DNA from: Calditrichaceae bacterium
GTDB lineage: Bacteria > Calditrichota > Calditrichia > Calditrichales > JBFXGD01
Assembly: GCA_050173015.1 (NCBI GenBank)
Contig: JBFXLE010000003.1
Coordinates: 205,992 to 269,991, forward strand
DNA: 64,000 nt
Reading direction: 5' to 3'
The stretch's first letter is position 1; each line of letters starts with the position of its first letter. Shown one piece after another: positions 38,772 through 49,246 of this stretch. The position numbers and the translations under genes are program-made. Under the pieces are notes generated by a model that worked only from the letters and a program-made list of their open reading frames with translations, did no database searches and was not told where the DNA came from.

Positions 38772-39929
38772 ATGAATCTGTTAAAAAAAGACCCGATGTA
38801 CAGATTTTTGATGGTACTTACAATTGCTTCGGTTTCCGGACTGCAAACATGGCGTACTCTGTTTAACAATTTCGCCGTTGATGTCGCTAATCTGGATGGC
38901 AATCATATAGGAATGATTCAGGCTTTCAGGGAAATACCTGGATTTCTGGCATTGCTCGCTATTTTTGTGATGCTGTTAATCCGGGAACATAAGCTTTCTG
39001 CTTTATCCATCGTCATTCTTGGTGCGGGTGTGGCGCTGACAGGGTTTTTCCCTTCCTATTCGGGTCTGCTCATAACTACAGTCGTAATGAGTTTTGGATT
39101 TCATTACTATGAAACCACCAATCAATCGCTTACATTGCAGTATTTTGACGCCGATACTTCGCCTTGGGTTTTTGGCAAGCTCCGAAGCCTGGCGGCGGCA
39201 TCCAATATCGCCGTAGGCGTCATCATATATCTTATCTCGCCGATTTTATCGTTTCTTCAATTATTTCTGCTGATTGGAGGCATCATCGTTTTGATGGGAT
39301 TGTGGGGTATAAATCAAAATCCCGTAAAAGAAAACATAATTCCTCAGCGAAAAAAAATCGCTTTCAGAAAAAAATACTCACTATATTATTTTTTAACGTT
39401 CATGGCCGGAGCGCGCAGACAGATTTTTGTGGCTTTCGCGGTTTTTCTGCTTGTAAAAAAGTTTAACTACACGGTCCGGGAAGTCACAATATTGTTTATT
39501 ATTAACAATATTATAAACTTTTTTTTAAGCCCGGCCATCGGAAAGGCGATAATCCGATATGGTGAACGTAAAGTATTGTCATTGGAATATTTTAGCCTGA
39601 TTTTTATTTTTATTGCCTATGCTCTGACAGAATCAAAATTACTGGTGGCGGGGTTGTATATCCTTGATCATATTTTCTTCAACTTTGCCATTGCCATCCG
39701 GACCTATTTTCAAAAAGTGGGTGATCCCGCCGATATCGCGTCCGGGATGGCAGTAGGTTTTACCGTGAACCACATCGCGGCGGTCTTTATACCTGTTTTA
39801 GGTGGGCTGTTGTGGATGATTGATTATAGAATTCCGTTTCTGGCGGGCGCTTTCATGAGTGTAATTTCACTAACCGCCGCGCAATTCATAAACGCAGATG
39901 CGCGAAAAATTGAACAGGTTTCCGTATGA
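38772..39929 (+). CDS. MFS transporter
   Basis: About 12 hydrophobic segments; REIPGFL, GARRQIF, RYGER; ATG 38772 follows AGGGA. Confidence 0.8.
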   Translation: MNLLKKDPMYRFLMVLTIASVSGLQTWRTLFNNFAVDVANLDGNHIGMIQAFREIPGFLALLAIFVMLLIREHKLSALSIVILGAGVALTGFFPSYSGLLITTVVMSFGFHYYETTNQSLTLQYFDADTSPWVFGKLRSLAAASNIAVGVIIYLISPILSFLQLFLLIGGIIVLMGLWGINQNPVKENIIPQRKKIAFRKKYSLYYFLTFMAGARRQIFVAFAVFLLVKKFNYTVREVTILFIINNIINFFLSPAIGKAIIRYGERKVLSLEYFSLIFIFIAYALTESKLLVAGLYILDHIFFNFAIAIRTYFQKVGDPADIASGMAVGFTVNHIAAVFIPVLGGLLWMIDYRIPFLAGAFMSVISLTAAQFINADARKIEQVSV

Positions 39930-40097
39930 TTCAAATGAATTGGGCAATTACGCCAAAACCGGAAATTTGAAACTATTGAAACAAAATTTGCGTTCATCAA
40001 AAAGCATATGTCGATTGACGCGATGCTAAGACGTTTTGAAATTTAGAACATTTATTCAGAGTTGTAATTTAAGAATCACATATACAGGAAGAACTCA

Positions 40098-42113
40098 ATG
40101 AAAAAAACTGGTTATATTCTGATTTTTATTCTCAGCGCCGGAGTTTTATTTGCAAATCCCTCGTCAAACACAGATTTGCGCTTCAAGACTCTCCGGCCGG
40201 AATCTTTCCATCCGCGTGTGGAACAACTTACAACGCATCTGTTAATGAGAAATCATTACAAAAAAACCACGCTTGATGATTCGTTATCTTCCAAGATATT
40301 TGACGAATATATTAAAACACTTGACTTTAACCGAAGTCATTTTCTTTCGTCGGATATCGAGAAATTTGAAAAATACAGATATCTTTTTGACGATTTTCTT
40401 CAGGACGGAAATTTAGACGTGCCTTTTGAAATCTTTAATCAGTTTCAGATGAGATTAGACAACCGTATGGAATACGCGTTAAAACGTCTGCATGAAAATT
40501 TTGATTTTACCATAGACGAAGATTATTACCCGGACCGCGAAAATGCCCCATGGGCCGAAAACGAGGAGCAGCTCAATAACATTTGGGACAAGAGATTAAA
40601 ATCGGAAGCGCTTAATTTAAAAATAACCGGTAAGGACTGGGATTCAATTGTTGAAATCCTGGAAAAAAGATATAAAAATATCCGGAATATGTTGAGTAAA
40701 TATCAAAGTGAAGATGTCTTTCAATTGTACATGAATTCCTTCGCGGCGACACTGGATCCTCATACCAATTATTTCTCACCGAAAGCAAGCGATGATTTTA
40801 AAATTCAGATGAGTCTCTCTTTAGAGGGAATAGGCGCGGTACTCAGAAATGATAATGATTATACCCAGGTTGTTGAAATCGTTCCCGGAGGTCCGGCTGA
40901 CAAGACAGGCCGCTTGCACCCGAACGACCGGATTACAGGAGTCGCGCAGGATACAGACGGTGAAATGGTAGATGTGATCGGTTGGCGCGTTGATGATGTG
41001 GTCCAGCTTATTCGTGGGCCTAAAGCATCAACGGTACGACTCCAGGTTCTGCCGGTAGATGCCGATCCGCACGCTCCGCCGATTACCGTTAAAATCGTAC
41101 GCGATAAGATCAAACTTGAAGACCGCGCCGCAAAAAGCGATACATTGGAATTAATGCATAATGGCAAGCCTTTTCGATTGGGAATAATTGATATTCCCGC
41201 GTTTTACTTTGACTACGAAGCTCAGCAACGGGGAGACAAATCCTACAAAAGCACTACACGTGATGTTGAGCGCCTGATAAATGAACTTAAATCTGCCGGT
41301 ATCGACGGGCTAATCATAGATTTGAGAAAAAACGGGGGCGGTTTTTTGAGCGAAGCGGTGGAATTAAGCGGATTATTTATTAAGGACGGCCCCGTTGTCC
41401 AGGTTCGTGATTCCGGGGGAATGGTAAAGGTCGAGAGGGATATGGATCCTCAGATTGCCTATGACGGTCCTTTGGCGGTAATCGTGGATCAGTTTAGCGC
41501 GTCCGCATCTGAAATCTTCGCGGCTGCAATTCAGGATTACGGCCGCGGAATTGTTCTCGGCAGCCAAACTTTTGGCAAAGGAACGGTTCAAAACGCGATC
41601 GATCTCAACCGGTTTTTCCCCCATAGCCCAACAAAATACGGACAGTTAAAACTAACCATTGCAAAATTTTACCGGATCAATGGCGGAAGCACGCAGCATA
41701 TAGGTGTTTTACCGGATATTACTCTGCCAAGCCGGTATAAACATGAAGAAATAGGGGAAAGTTCTCAGCAGAACGCACTGCTCTGGGATAAAATATCTCC
41801 TGTGAACTATCATGCTTATGGTTCTCAGATTGTGTCATTATTGCCCGAATTAAAAGTAAAGCATCAGATAAGAATAACCGATGATTCTGATTTCAAAAGC
41901 TTTATGGATCAGATCGAAAAATACAAGAAAAAACGGGAACAAAAATCGGTGTCTTTAATGGAATCCAAACGGCTAAAGGAGATCGAAGAAGCCAAGTCCG
42001 GGAAAGATTCTGACAGTGATGATGAAGATGCGCCTTCTGATAAAAAAGACCTGATTCTTTTTGAATCAGCTCATATTTTAAGCGATTATATTTTACTTTC
42101 TCATACAAATTAA
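40098..42113 (+). CDS. prc: Carboxy-terminal processing protease (Prc/Tsp, S41A)
   Basis: LDPHTNYF, LEGIGAVL PDZ, IIDLRKNGGG, SASASEI, TFGKGTVQ, KFYRINGGSTQ. Confidence 0.92.
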   Translation: MKKTGYILIFILSAGVLFANPSSNTDLRFKTLRPESFHPRVEQLTTHLLMRNHYKKTTLDDSLSSKIFDEYIKTLDFNRSHFLSSDIEKFEKYRYLFDDFLQDGNLDVPFEIFNQFQMRLDNRMEYALKRLHENFDFTIDEDYYPDRENAPWAENEEQLNNIWDKRLKSEALNLKITGKDWDSIVEILEKRYKNIRNMLSKYQSEDVFQLYMNSFAATLDPHTNYFSPKASDDFKIQMSLSLEGIGAVLRNDNDYTQVVEIVPGGPADKTGRLHPNDRITGVAQDTDGEMVDVIGWRVDDVVQLIRGPKASTVRLQVLPVDADPHAPPITVKIVRDKIKLEDRAAKSDTLELMHNGKPFRLGIIDIPAFYFDYEAQQRGDKSYKSTTRDVERLINELKSAGIDGLIIDLRKNGGGFLSEAVELSGLFIKDGPVVQVRDSGGMVKVERDMDPQIAYDGPLAVIVDQFSASASEIFAAAIQDYGRGIVLGSQTFGKGTVQNAIDLNRFFPHSPTKYGQLKLTIAKFYRINGGSTQHIGVLPDITLPSRYKHEEIGESSQQNALLWDKISPVNYHAYGSQIVSLLPELKVKHQIRITDDSDFKSFMDQIEKYKKKREQKSVSLMESKRLKEIEEAKSGKDSDSDDEDAPSDKKDLILFESAHILSDYILLSHTN

Positions 42114-42117
42114 TGAT

Positions 42118-42143
42118 AAAACCGCTGACCTCCCGGCGGTTTT
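42118..42143. terminator. Bidirectional terminator between prc and ogt
   Basis: AAAACCGCTG-ACCTCC-CGGCGGTTTT. Confidence 0.7.
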
Positions 42144-42154
42144 ATTTATCCGTT

Positions 42155-42628
42155 TCAGATCAGAATGGCTTTTTCATGTCTGAGAAGCCATTCTTTTCGA
42201 TGGATGCCACCGGCGTATCCAATTAATTTTCCGTCAGTTCCGATCACCCGGTGACAGGGAATAATTATTGCAATGGGATTCTTTTTATTAGCGAGACCCA
42301 CCGCGCGGACAGCTCCCTTGTCTCCAAGGCGCAACGCTATATCCGAATATGATACCGTCTTCCCGTATGGGATTTCTGTTAATTTTTCCCATACTCTCTT
42401 TTGAAATTGAGTTCCCCGCGGATCCAATTCCAAATCAAAATCATGACGCATACCTGAAAAATACTGATTCAACTGATCAATCGTTTTTTCAATTACCCGG
42501 TTTGACTTTTCCGGTCCGGGTGTCGTCGCTTCATTGACAAATTCCAGGCTAATCAGGGCGTTATCCGATGCTGATATTCTAAGAATACCGATCGCTGACT
42601 GATAATTTGCTGAATATATATTTTCCAT
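42155..42628 (-). CDS. ogt: Methylated-DNA-protein-cysteine methyltransferase
   Basis: GTQFQ..VW..L..IPYG, RAVG.AN..NP, IPCHRVIG, GYAGG. Confidence 0.93.
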   Translation of the reverse strand: MENIYSANYQSAIGILRISASDNALISLEFVNEATTPGPEKSNRVIEKTIDQLNQYFSGMRHDFDLELDPRGTQFQKRVWEKLTEIPYGKTVSYSDIALRLGDKGAVRAVGLANKKNPIAIIIPCHRVIGTDGKLIGYAGGIHRKEWLLRHEKAILI

Positions 42629-42658
42629 TGCGGTTAATATACATGATTCGGGATTTTA

Positions 42659-43948
42659 TTACGATTCTTTTCTTTCGATTTCCCTGATTTTAAAATAAAG
42701 CGCGACAACAAGTAAAGTAATTATGGTCGTGGCGAATCCCAATCCCATTCTTCTCGTTTTACTTTCCTTTATTTCTGAATCAGCAAGAATGATTGCATCC
42801 CGTGATTTTTTTATTCCTTCTCCTGTTTTCCGGCCGATCCGGACCGGATCAAACGTATGCACCAAGGTTCTGGCTTCTATCAGACTCTGATGCGCTTCCT
42901 GGAGAAGAAAGGCGATATCCACATCATCCATACCGATTTTTTGAACTTCTCGCATTTTTGTTTCGGCCGAATCATACGCGCTTGTTGTACGGGTAAGATG
43001 CTCATGAATTTTTTGGGCTGATATATATCCGGCGTCTCCTTTTGTATGGCAATTCACACAAACAGATTCGGCCCCGACACCCGCCATGGCATCCGAAGTC
43101 TTTTCGATTTTATGATTTCCATGGCATTCTTCGCAGGCATGAAGCTGCAGATTATCAAACTCAGTTGCCATTTTTGATGATGAAAAGTATTGCATGTTAT
43201 TTACATGACAGAGCCCGCAAACATGACTGATTGAGGAAATACCGGGCGGCATGGCGCCATGATTTCCGTGACAGTCGTTGCACGACGGCGCTCCTGTATC
43301 CTGATTTTCCAGAAGCGCTTTGCCATGAACACTGCCCGCAAAATCAGCATATTGGTTTACCGGAATTTTATATTCCTTCATATACTCCGCGTTGCCATGG
43401 CATGTATTGCAGGTCTCCGGTACATTCAGAGCGTAAACCCATGAACGCGAATCGTCAACCGCGAAAATGGAATGAGCGCTGTGACAGCTTACACAATCAG
43501 CGACTTTTTTGTCCCCCTTCTTAAGTTTCTGGCCGTGGATGCTTGTATAATATTGCGCGACCTGGTCTGTTGGGCTTTGCGGTTTATATTTTCTCATAAA
43601 TTCTATTTCTGAATGGCACCTGCCGCAAAAATTAGGAATATTTTTCTTGTCCGGGACTCCCCGGTACCCGGCCTTATTTGACATCGCATCGTCCATATCT
43701 TCCTTTGAAGGATCTCCGCCGTGACATCCGGAGCAGGATAATCCTAATTGCAGGTGAATATCTTTTAAATTATAATCTTCAGGTAAGACCTCCGATTCAA
43801 TATGGCATTTGACGCACTGATCATCACTAATCTTAACCAAAACATCCTGTGTGTATAAATGCTGATTCATCAGAACCACAAGGAATATCAAAAAGTGTAT
43901 ACAAATAGCGGTTCGTTTATAAAATAAATGCATCATCTCGCTCCTCAT
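42659..43948 (-). CDS. Membrane-anchored nine-heme cytochrome c
   Basis: Nine CxxCH motifs (CVKCH, CSGCH, CGRCH, CVSCH, CNTCH, CNDCH, CGLCH, CEECH, CVNCH); signal-like N-terminus; C-terminal TM helix. Confidence 0.9.
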   Translation of the reverse strand: MRSEMMHLFYKRTAICIHFLIFLVVLMNQHLYTQDVLVKISDDQCVKCHIESEVLPEDYNLKDIHLQLGLSCSGCHGGDPSKEDMDDAMSNKAGYRGVPDKKNIPNFCGRCHSEIEFMRKYKPQSPTDQVAQYYTSIHGQKLKKGDKKVADCVSCHSAHSIFAVDDSRSWVYALNVPETCNTCHGNAEYMKEYKIPVNQYADFAGSVHGKALLENQDTGAPSCNDCHGNHGAMPPGISSISHVCGLCHVNNMQYFSSSKMATEFDNLQLHACEECHGNHKIEKTSDAMAGVGAESVCVNCHTKGDAGYISAQKIHEHLTRTTSAYDSAETKMREVQKIGMDDVDIAFLLQEAHQSLIEARTLVHTFDPVRIGRKTGEGIKKSRDAIILADSEIKESKTRRMGLGFATTIITLLVVALYFKIREIERKES

Positions 43949-45027
43949 ACTAAATATCCGTATATGGTCAGGGAGACAATATAGATTATCGCTATGCCGC
44001 CGATGGCCATAATCAATCTGCGATGTTTTCTCGAATTGGATGAAAAGCCGAAAAACGGCAACAATAACCAGATAAAAGCTATGACCGCAAAAAACATAAC
44101 CCCTACGATTTCCCCCTCAACAAACCAGATATGTGCCGGCAAAACCTTTAAAGTTTGGAACATGAACATAAAATACCACTCCGGTCGGATGCCTTCGGGC
44201 GCCGGCGCGAACGCGTCAGCCTTCTGACCGAGCTCCCATGGAAAAAAAACAGCAAGAAATAAAAGAATGTCCAGAACAACTAACCATAACAGCGCGTCTC
44301 TCAGAAAAAAATTTGGGAAGAACGCGATGGTTTTTTTCTTCGAATCAGGCAGATTTTTGTAAAAATCCGGTTCATGCATTCCCTGTCTTTGAACAAATAA
44401 AAGATGAATGCCGAGAAATATTGTAAAAATCGCCGGTATCAAAGCAACATGAAAACCATAGAAACGAAGCAGCGTTGCCCCGGTTACATCTTCTCCGCCA
44501 CGTAAAACGATTTTTGCGGCATTTCCGATAAGCGGCATGGCGCCGACAATATCTGTCCCTACTTTGGTCGCGAAAAATGCCAATTCATTCCATGGCAACA
44601 GATATCCGCTGAATCCGAATCCCATCACCAGAATCAACATGATAAAACCGGTCACCCATGTCAACTCACGGGGCTTTTGAAAAGCGCCTGTAAAAAAGGT
44701 ACTGAACATATGGATGAACACAAATAACACCATCAGATTTGCCGACCAGCTGTGTATCGATCTCACCAGCCAGCCGAAATTTACTTTAATCATCAAAAAT
44801 CTCACACTCTCAAACGCGCTGTCCACACCCGGCTGATAATACAGGAGCAGCAAAATTCCTGAGAAAACCTGTACGATAAATAAAAAGAGAGATACACCTC
44901 CCATATAGTACCAAATACTATGGCGGTGAACGGGAACCCGTTTATGTTTCATATAATCCACAAGCGGACTCAGTGTGTATCTTTCATCCAGCCATTTAAA
45001 AAAACTGTTTATATTTTTATTCCCCAT
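43945..45027 (-). CDS. Cytochrome b of a Rieske/cytochrome b complex (unsplit)
   Basis: Heme ligands in RSIHSW, FIHMF, GFHV and [18 protein letters not shown]. Start taken at MGNK (45027). Confidence 0.92.
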   Translation of the reverse strand: MGNKNINSFFKWLDERYTLSPLVDYMKHKRVPVHRHSIWYYMGGVSLFLFIVQVFSGILLLLYYQPGVDSAFESVRFLMIKVNFGWLVRSIHSWSANLMVLFVFIHMFSTFFTGAFQKPRELTWVTGFIMLILVMGFGFSGYLLPWNELAFFATKVGTDIVGAMPLIGNAAKIVLRGGEDVTGATLLRFYGFHVALIPAIFTIFLGIHLLFVQRQGMHEPDFYKNLPDSKKKTIAFFPNFFLRDALLWLVVLDILLFLAVFFPWELGQKADAFAPAPEGIRPEWYFMFMFQTLKVLPAHIWFVEGEIVGVMFFAVIAFIWLLLPFFGFSSNSRKHRRLIMAIGGIAIIYIVSLTIYGYLV

Positions 45028-45028
45028 A

Positions 45029-45466
45029 TCAACCTGCCTTCGGAATGGAAATAACGATCTCATCCTTGATAAGATTTACGGTGAGTTCGTCCAGCGGTCT
45101 CGGAGGCGGCCCCGATATATTTCTTCCGCGCAAATCATAATGTCCGTTATGACAGGCGCACCAGATATGTTTCAAATCGGTGCGATACTGAACAATACAA
45201 TCAAGATGGGTACATGTCGCGGCGAAGGCGCGGAATTCGCCGGACTCAAGACGAATAAGAATGACCGGTTTCCTGCCGAATTTGATGATCTTGCTGCTGT
45301 TCTTCGGAAATTCAGAAATCATTCCGGCCTTAACCGAGTTGACATTGGCCTCCGGTACTTTCGGCGGTTTTAGATATGAAGTGATCGGGTAAAATATGCT
45401 GCCAAGCCATGCAAGAAAACTTCCTCCGATCAGAATATTCAAAAACTTTCGTCGATCAGTAGCCAT
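45029..45466 (-). CDS. Rieske 2Fe-2S subunit
   Basis: Tat signal DRRKFL; CTHLDC and CACHNGHY boxes; GPPPRPL. Confidence 0.92.
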   Translation of the reverse strand: MATDRRKFLNILIGGSFLAWLGSIFYPITSYLKPPKVPEANVNSVKAGMISEFPKNSSKIIKFGRKPVILIRLESGEFRAFAATCTHLDCIVQYRTDLKHIWCACHNGHYDLRGRNISGPPPRPLDELTVNLIKDEIVISIPKAG

Positions 45467-45599
45467 ATTTTTTCCTTACTCCTATGGATTTACAGAATAT
45501 TGATAAAATCTCCCTAATTCAGTCTGACCCGCTCCATAATTTTTGTTTCCTATTATTTCAATAAGCATATCCGTTAATTTCATGAATAATATATTTTCT

Positions 45600-47252
45600 T
45601 CAACTTGTTTTTAGCTTTCCCGGCTCCCCTCTTGCTCTGATTCTGGTATAAATAATCGATATGGCAATCAGAACAAGTCCAAGCACTATAAATGAGACTA
45701 TTCTATAAACAGGCTCAAGTTTTACAATACCTATGATAAAAACATACATGATGGTCAACGCGAGTGTCATCACAGCCATCCATCGGTATTTTCTGTTGTT
45801 TAAAATAAGACTCATGATATAGTAGAATATGGCTACAAGCACCCAAGACAGACTCACAAATCCTGTCGGAACCGCATGGTAAAGCGCGTACGGGAAAATG
45901 ATAAAAGCCGCGCCCAAATATGTAATTCTCATTCGTTCGGTCTTGATCTCAAGACGATGCCTCTGCCAGTTCATAACTCTCGCGCTGAGAAGCGCGACAA
46001 CACCAAAACTCAGACTGATGGCAATGACCTCATCTGCATTCAGTACATAGCCGAGAAATATCAAAAGATAGATGATAAAATTTGCTATGATAATGATCCT
46101 TGACCTGAACCAGATAGCGGCGACAACAACAACAAGACTTTGCCAGCTCAACCAGAGAAAATAGGCCGGTTTGTCAAACTGAGATATAATTGCCGTACTC
46201 ATCGCGGCAAATCCAAGGATCGAGTAAAGGAATGTTGAATACTTGCTCTCCTCTCGCAGCCAGAAAACCACACCAAGAGACAAAAAGACCAATGTTGCCA
46301 CGAGATGATATTCCGGAAGGTTCAATTTAATACCTGCCATTGTGATCAAAAGGAACAGTGTATAACCTCCGAGACAGTTTAAAAAAGTGCTCAGAATTAA
46401 GCGGTCATCCTCTTTTTCTTCCTTACTTCTGAAAATATTTCCGCTTGCGAAAATTATGGCGTAAAGAAGTATGAATAATACATTTATGACAGGTGAATCA
46501 ACCAGTTGAATTTTATTCCCCATAAAGGGGTTATTAATAAACCATATAAAGTGAGTCAGATAGGTAAGAAAAATTCCCAATAGATAAATACTTTGCCGAT
46601 GATGTCTGATTTTATAATAAACCGCGATTGCCGACATGAGCACAAGTATGGTAAAAATCTGATAAGGTTCATCGCTCACAATAGCCGTGACATATCCAAG
46701 CGCCAATCCCAGACCGGTAAGAAAAACAGAATCACGTTTTGTCGAAGTTATAAGCACGATGGCCACAACCGCAAGCAGTAAGGCAAGAACAATCGTTTCA
46801 TTGTTAATTCCCGGTTGTTCGGTAAAGAAGAAAAGACGCAGCGTTGAGAAATACAGTAGCACCAGAGCTCCGCCAAGGAAGTATTGAGAAATAAACGGAA
46901 GAGATTTTCTTGTATAATGTGAAAATCCGAAAAATCCCACGACAATCAGATACCCGGCAATACTGGGAAGAATGGCAGGGAGATTTTGATATGGGAAGGT
47001 CAGTAAAAACACGATACCCAGCGCGAGAACGATAATACCTATTTTTGCAAACCAGAACTGACCGATCTGAAATTCCAGGTTGTCACTTTCTTCCTCGGTC
47101 CGGGCAAGGATAACTTTCTCCGATTCCAATACTTCAGCTTCAGTGGGAGTGATCGCCAGATATGATTCTATTTTTGTGATTCGCTCTTCCAGGCGATCCA
47201 ACTGTTTTTTGATTCCGGCGAGCCCCGGAGTGCGGCCTTTTGGCTGTTCCAT
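45600..47252 (-). CDS. DUF2339-like polytopic membrane protein
   Basis: N-terminal coiled stretch (LEERITKIE), LEFQIGQFWFAKIG, many TM helices, C-terminal RIVSFIVLG; AAGGAG before ATG 47252. Confidence 0.75.
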   Translation of the reverse strand: MEQPKGRTPGLAGIKKQLDRLEERITKIESYLAITPTEAEVLESEKVILARTEEESDNLEFQIGQFWFAKIGIIVLALGIVFLLTFPYQNLPAILPSIAGYLIVVGFFGFSHYTRKSLPFISQYFLGGALVLLYFSTLRLFFFTEQPGINNETIVLALLLAVVAIVLITSTKRDSVFLTGLGLALGYVTAIVSDEPYQIFTILVLMSAIAVYYKIRHHRQSIYLLGIFLTYLTHFIWFINNPFMGNKIQLVDSPVINVLFILLYAIIFASGNIFRSKEEKEDDRLILSTFLNCLGGYTLFLLITMAGIKLNLPEYHLVATLVFLSLGVVFWLREESKYSTFLYSILGFAAMSTAIISQFDKPAYFLWLSWQSLVVVVAAIWFRSRIIIIANFIIYLLIFLGYVLNADEVIAISLSFGVVALLSARVMNWQRHRLEIKTERMRITYLGAAFIIFPYALYHAVPTGFVSLSWVLVAIFYYIMSLILNNRKYRWMAVMTLALTIMYVFIIGIVKLEPVYRIVSFIVLGLVLIAISIIYTRIRARGEPGKLKTS

Positions 47253-47665
47253 GAGCTTTCTCCTTGAATTTATTCGACGAATTATTGCTATATTTTCATC
47301 CAAAACACCGATTCGGGGAACCGGAAAATCAATTATCCGAACATAAGATAATTTGCTGGGGGCTCGGGAAAAACTGAAACTCGCCCGCTGTTAACTGATA
47401 TTTCCCGATATCGTGTACTATTGCGCCCGGAATAAAAAATTGAATACTGTCAGACTGCTGACAATTAAAAATCAGATACCCGTGGAGATTGCGTAGGACT
47501 AACTGAGAGATGATGAGTTTGTATTTTCAATGGAATTACAGGTAAGCCGGAAAAATTTGATAGAGTAATTCAAAAGAGATATGCTCTCATTGTTCCCCCC
47601 GCCTTGAATAGCATTTTAACAATGATATTCAGATCAATAAAATGAACCTTCTTACACTTATTAAG

Positions 47666-47694
47666 ATTTTAAACGATTCTACGCCGGTTGTCAA
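47666..47694 (-). promoter_or_regulatory. sigma70-type promoter facing the DUF2339-like gene
   Basis: Minus strand TTGACA-17-TAAAAT. Confidence 0.65.
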
Positions 47695-47810
47695 TAAAAA
47701 AAATTATCTCCGGGTTATCGCGATAATTATGTTAAATCAGGTTGATTAATGCGATAAACCGGGGTATTCTCCCAAAATTATTAATTGATACACTCTAATA
47801 GTATTTATTA

Positions 47811-47839
47811 TTGAAACTAAATAATTTAGTTTATATCTT
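47811..47839 (+). promoter_or_regulatory. Promoter of the octaheme operon with an embedded palindromic operator
   Basis: TTGAAA-17-TATCTT; perfect AAACTAAAT-A-ATTTAGTTT inverted repeat at 47814-47832. Confidence 0.55.
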
Positions 47840-47911
47840 TAGTCTGAATTTGAAACAAATTTCACTTTAAAAACAATAAAGCGTCTTATAAATAATCGAA
47901 AGGGGTATATC

Positions 47912-49243
47912 ATGCGTTTGCTAGTATTTCTGGTGGCATTTTTGATGGCCGGGATTGGTCTGAGCCAGACAGCTCAGAGCGAGCAATCAAAATTCGCGGG
48001 AAAGTGTATGACCTGCCACAAGGAAAAAACACCCGGTCTATACAAACAGTGGTATGAATCGGCCCACGCGCAGCATAATGTCACCTGTATCAGCTGCCAT
48101 AGCGCCGAGAAAAGCGACGCGGACGCGTTTATACATGAGGGTGTCCGTATTGCCACATTGGTGACACCAAAAGACTGCGGTCGCTGCCACGCCAAAGAGG
48201 CAAAGGAGGTTCAAAATTCTTATCACGCGACCGCCGGAGAGATTCTGGATTCTAACGACGCGTATCTCGCCCATGTTGCCGGAGGCGCGCCCGTCGCTAT
48301 TCAGGGATGCGAAAACTGCCACGGAGGGAAGGTAAAAATTGATCCGGATTCCCCAAACAAGCTATCAAAGAAAAGCTGGCCGAATTCGGGTATAGGAAGA
48401 ATCAATCCCGACGGTTCAAAAGGATCCTGTAATGCCTGCCATACACGTCATTCATTTTCAAAAGCGCAGGCTCGTCAGCCGGAAGCCTGTTCAAAATGTC
48501 ATCTCGGACCGGATCATCCTCAGAAAGAAATATATGAAGAATCAAAACACGGAAACGCGTATTATACTAATATACATAAAATGAATCTTGATTCTGACAA
48601 ATGGGTTGTCGGAGAAGATTATTACGAAGCCCCTACCTGCGCGACCTGTCACATGGCCGCCTCTCCGGGGATGAAATCCACGCATGATGTGGGTGAACGT
48701 CTCAGCTGGACCCTGCGGCCGGTTGTCTCTGTCCATAAGGAGAACTGGCAGCAAAAACGCAAGAATATGGGAAAGGTTTGCACAAGCTGTCATGGCAATA
48801 CTTTTGTGGATGGTCATTTTTATCAATACGACGGCGTTGTTAGGCTCTATAATGAAAAATTTGCCATCCCCGCGACTGAAATCATGAATCTGGTGCGTAA
48901 GAATAAACTCCTGGAAAATCCGGCGAGTTTCAGCAACAACATCGAATGGACCTACTGGGAAATCTGGCATCATGAGGGCCGCCGCGCGCGTCACGGAGCT
49001 GCCATGATGGGTCCTGATTATACCTGGTGGCACGGTATGTATGAAGTGGCAAAACATTTCTACTTCAAACTCATTCCCGAGGCCAGAGAGTTCAAGAACA
49101 AAGAGGTTGATGACTACATTAATAATATGCTTCAAAACGATCCGATGCATAAATGGATGCTCACCAATACCGACGAACTAAAAAAAGGTATCAAATCCGG
49201 TAAAATTCAGGAAGTATATGAAAAATTTTTCGAACAAAAATAG
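47912..49243 (+). CDS. Octaheme cytochrome c of the HAO family (epsilon-HAO-like)
   Basis: Signal peptide; eight CxxCH motifs; GRINPDGSKGSCNACHTRHSF, CHLGPDHPQKEIYEESKHG, WHHEGRRARHGAAMMGPDYTWWHG. Confidence 0.88.
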   Translation: MRLLVFLVAFLMAGIGLSQTAQSEQSKFAGKCMTCHKEKTPGLYKQWYESAHAQHNVTCISCHSAEKSDADAFIHEGVRIATLVTPKDCGRCHAKEAKEVQNSYHATAGEILDSNDAYLAHVAGGAPVAIQGCENCHGGKVKIDPDSPNKLSKKSWPNSGIGRINPDGSKGSCNACHTRHSFSKAQARQPEACSKCHLGPDHPQKEIYEESKHGNAYYTNIHKMNLDSDKWVVGEDYYEAPTCATCHMAASPGMKSTHDVGERLSWTLRPVVSVHKENWQQKRKNMGKVCTSCHGNTFVDGHFYQYDGVVRLYNEKFAIPATEIMNLVRKNKLLENPASFSNNIEWTYWEIWHHEGRRARHGAAMMGPDYTWWHGMYEVAKHFYFKLIPEAREFKNKEVDDYINNMLQNDPMHKWMLTNTDELKKGIKSGKIQEVYEKFFEQK

Positions 49244-49246
49244 AGA

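Noticed and set aside
47350-47385. RAPP-type ribosome arrest peptide upstream of the DUF2339-like gene
   Set aside because: The minus-strand frame reads SRAPS, not RAPP, and has an in-frame stop shortly upstream with no start codon.
48542-49150. 202-aa minus-strand ORF
   Set aside because: Antisense shadow of the octaheme cytochrome gene.
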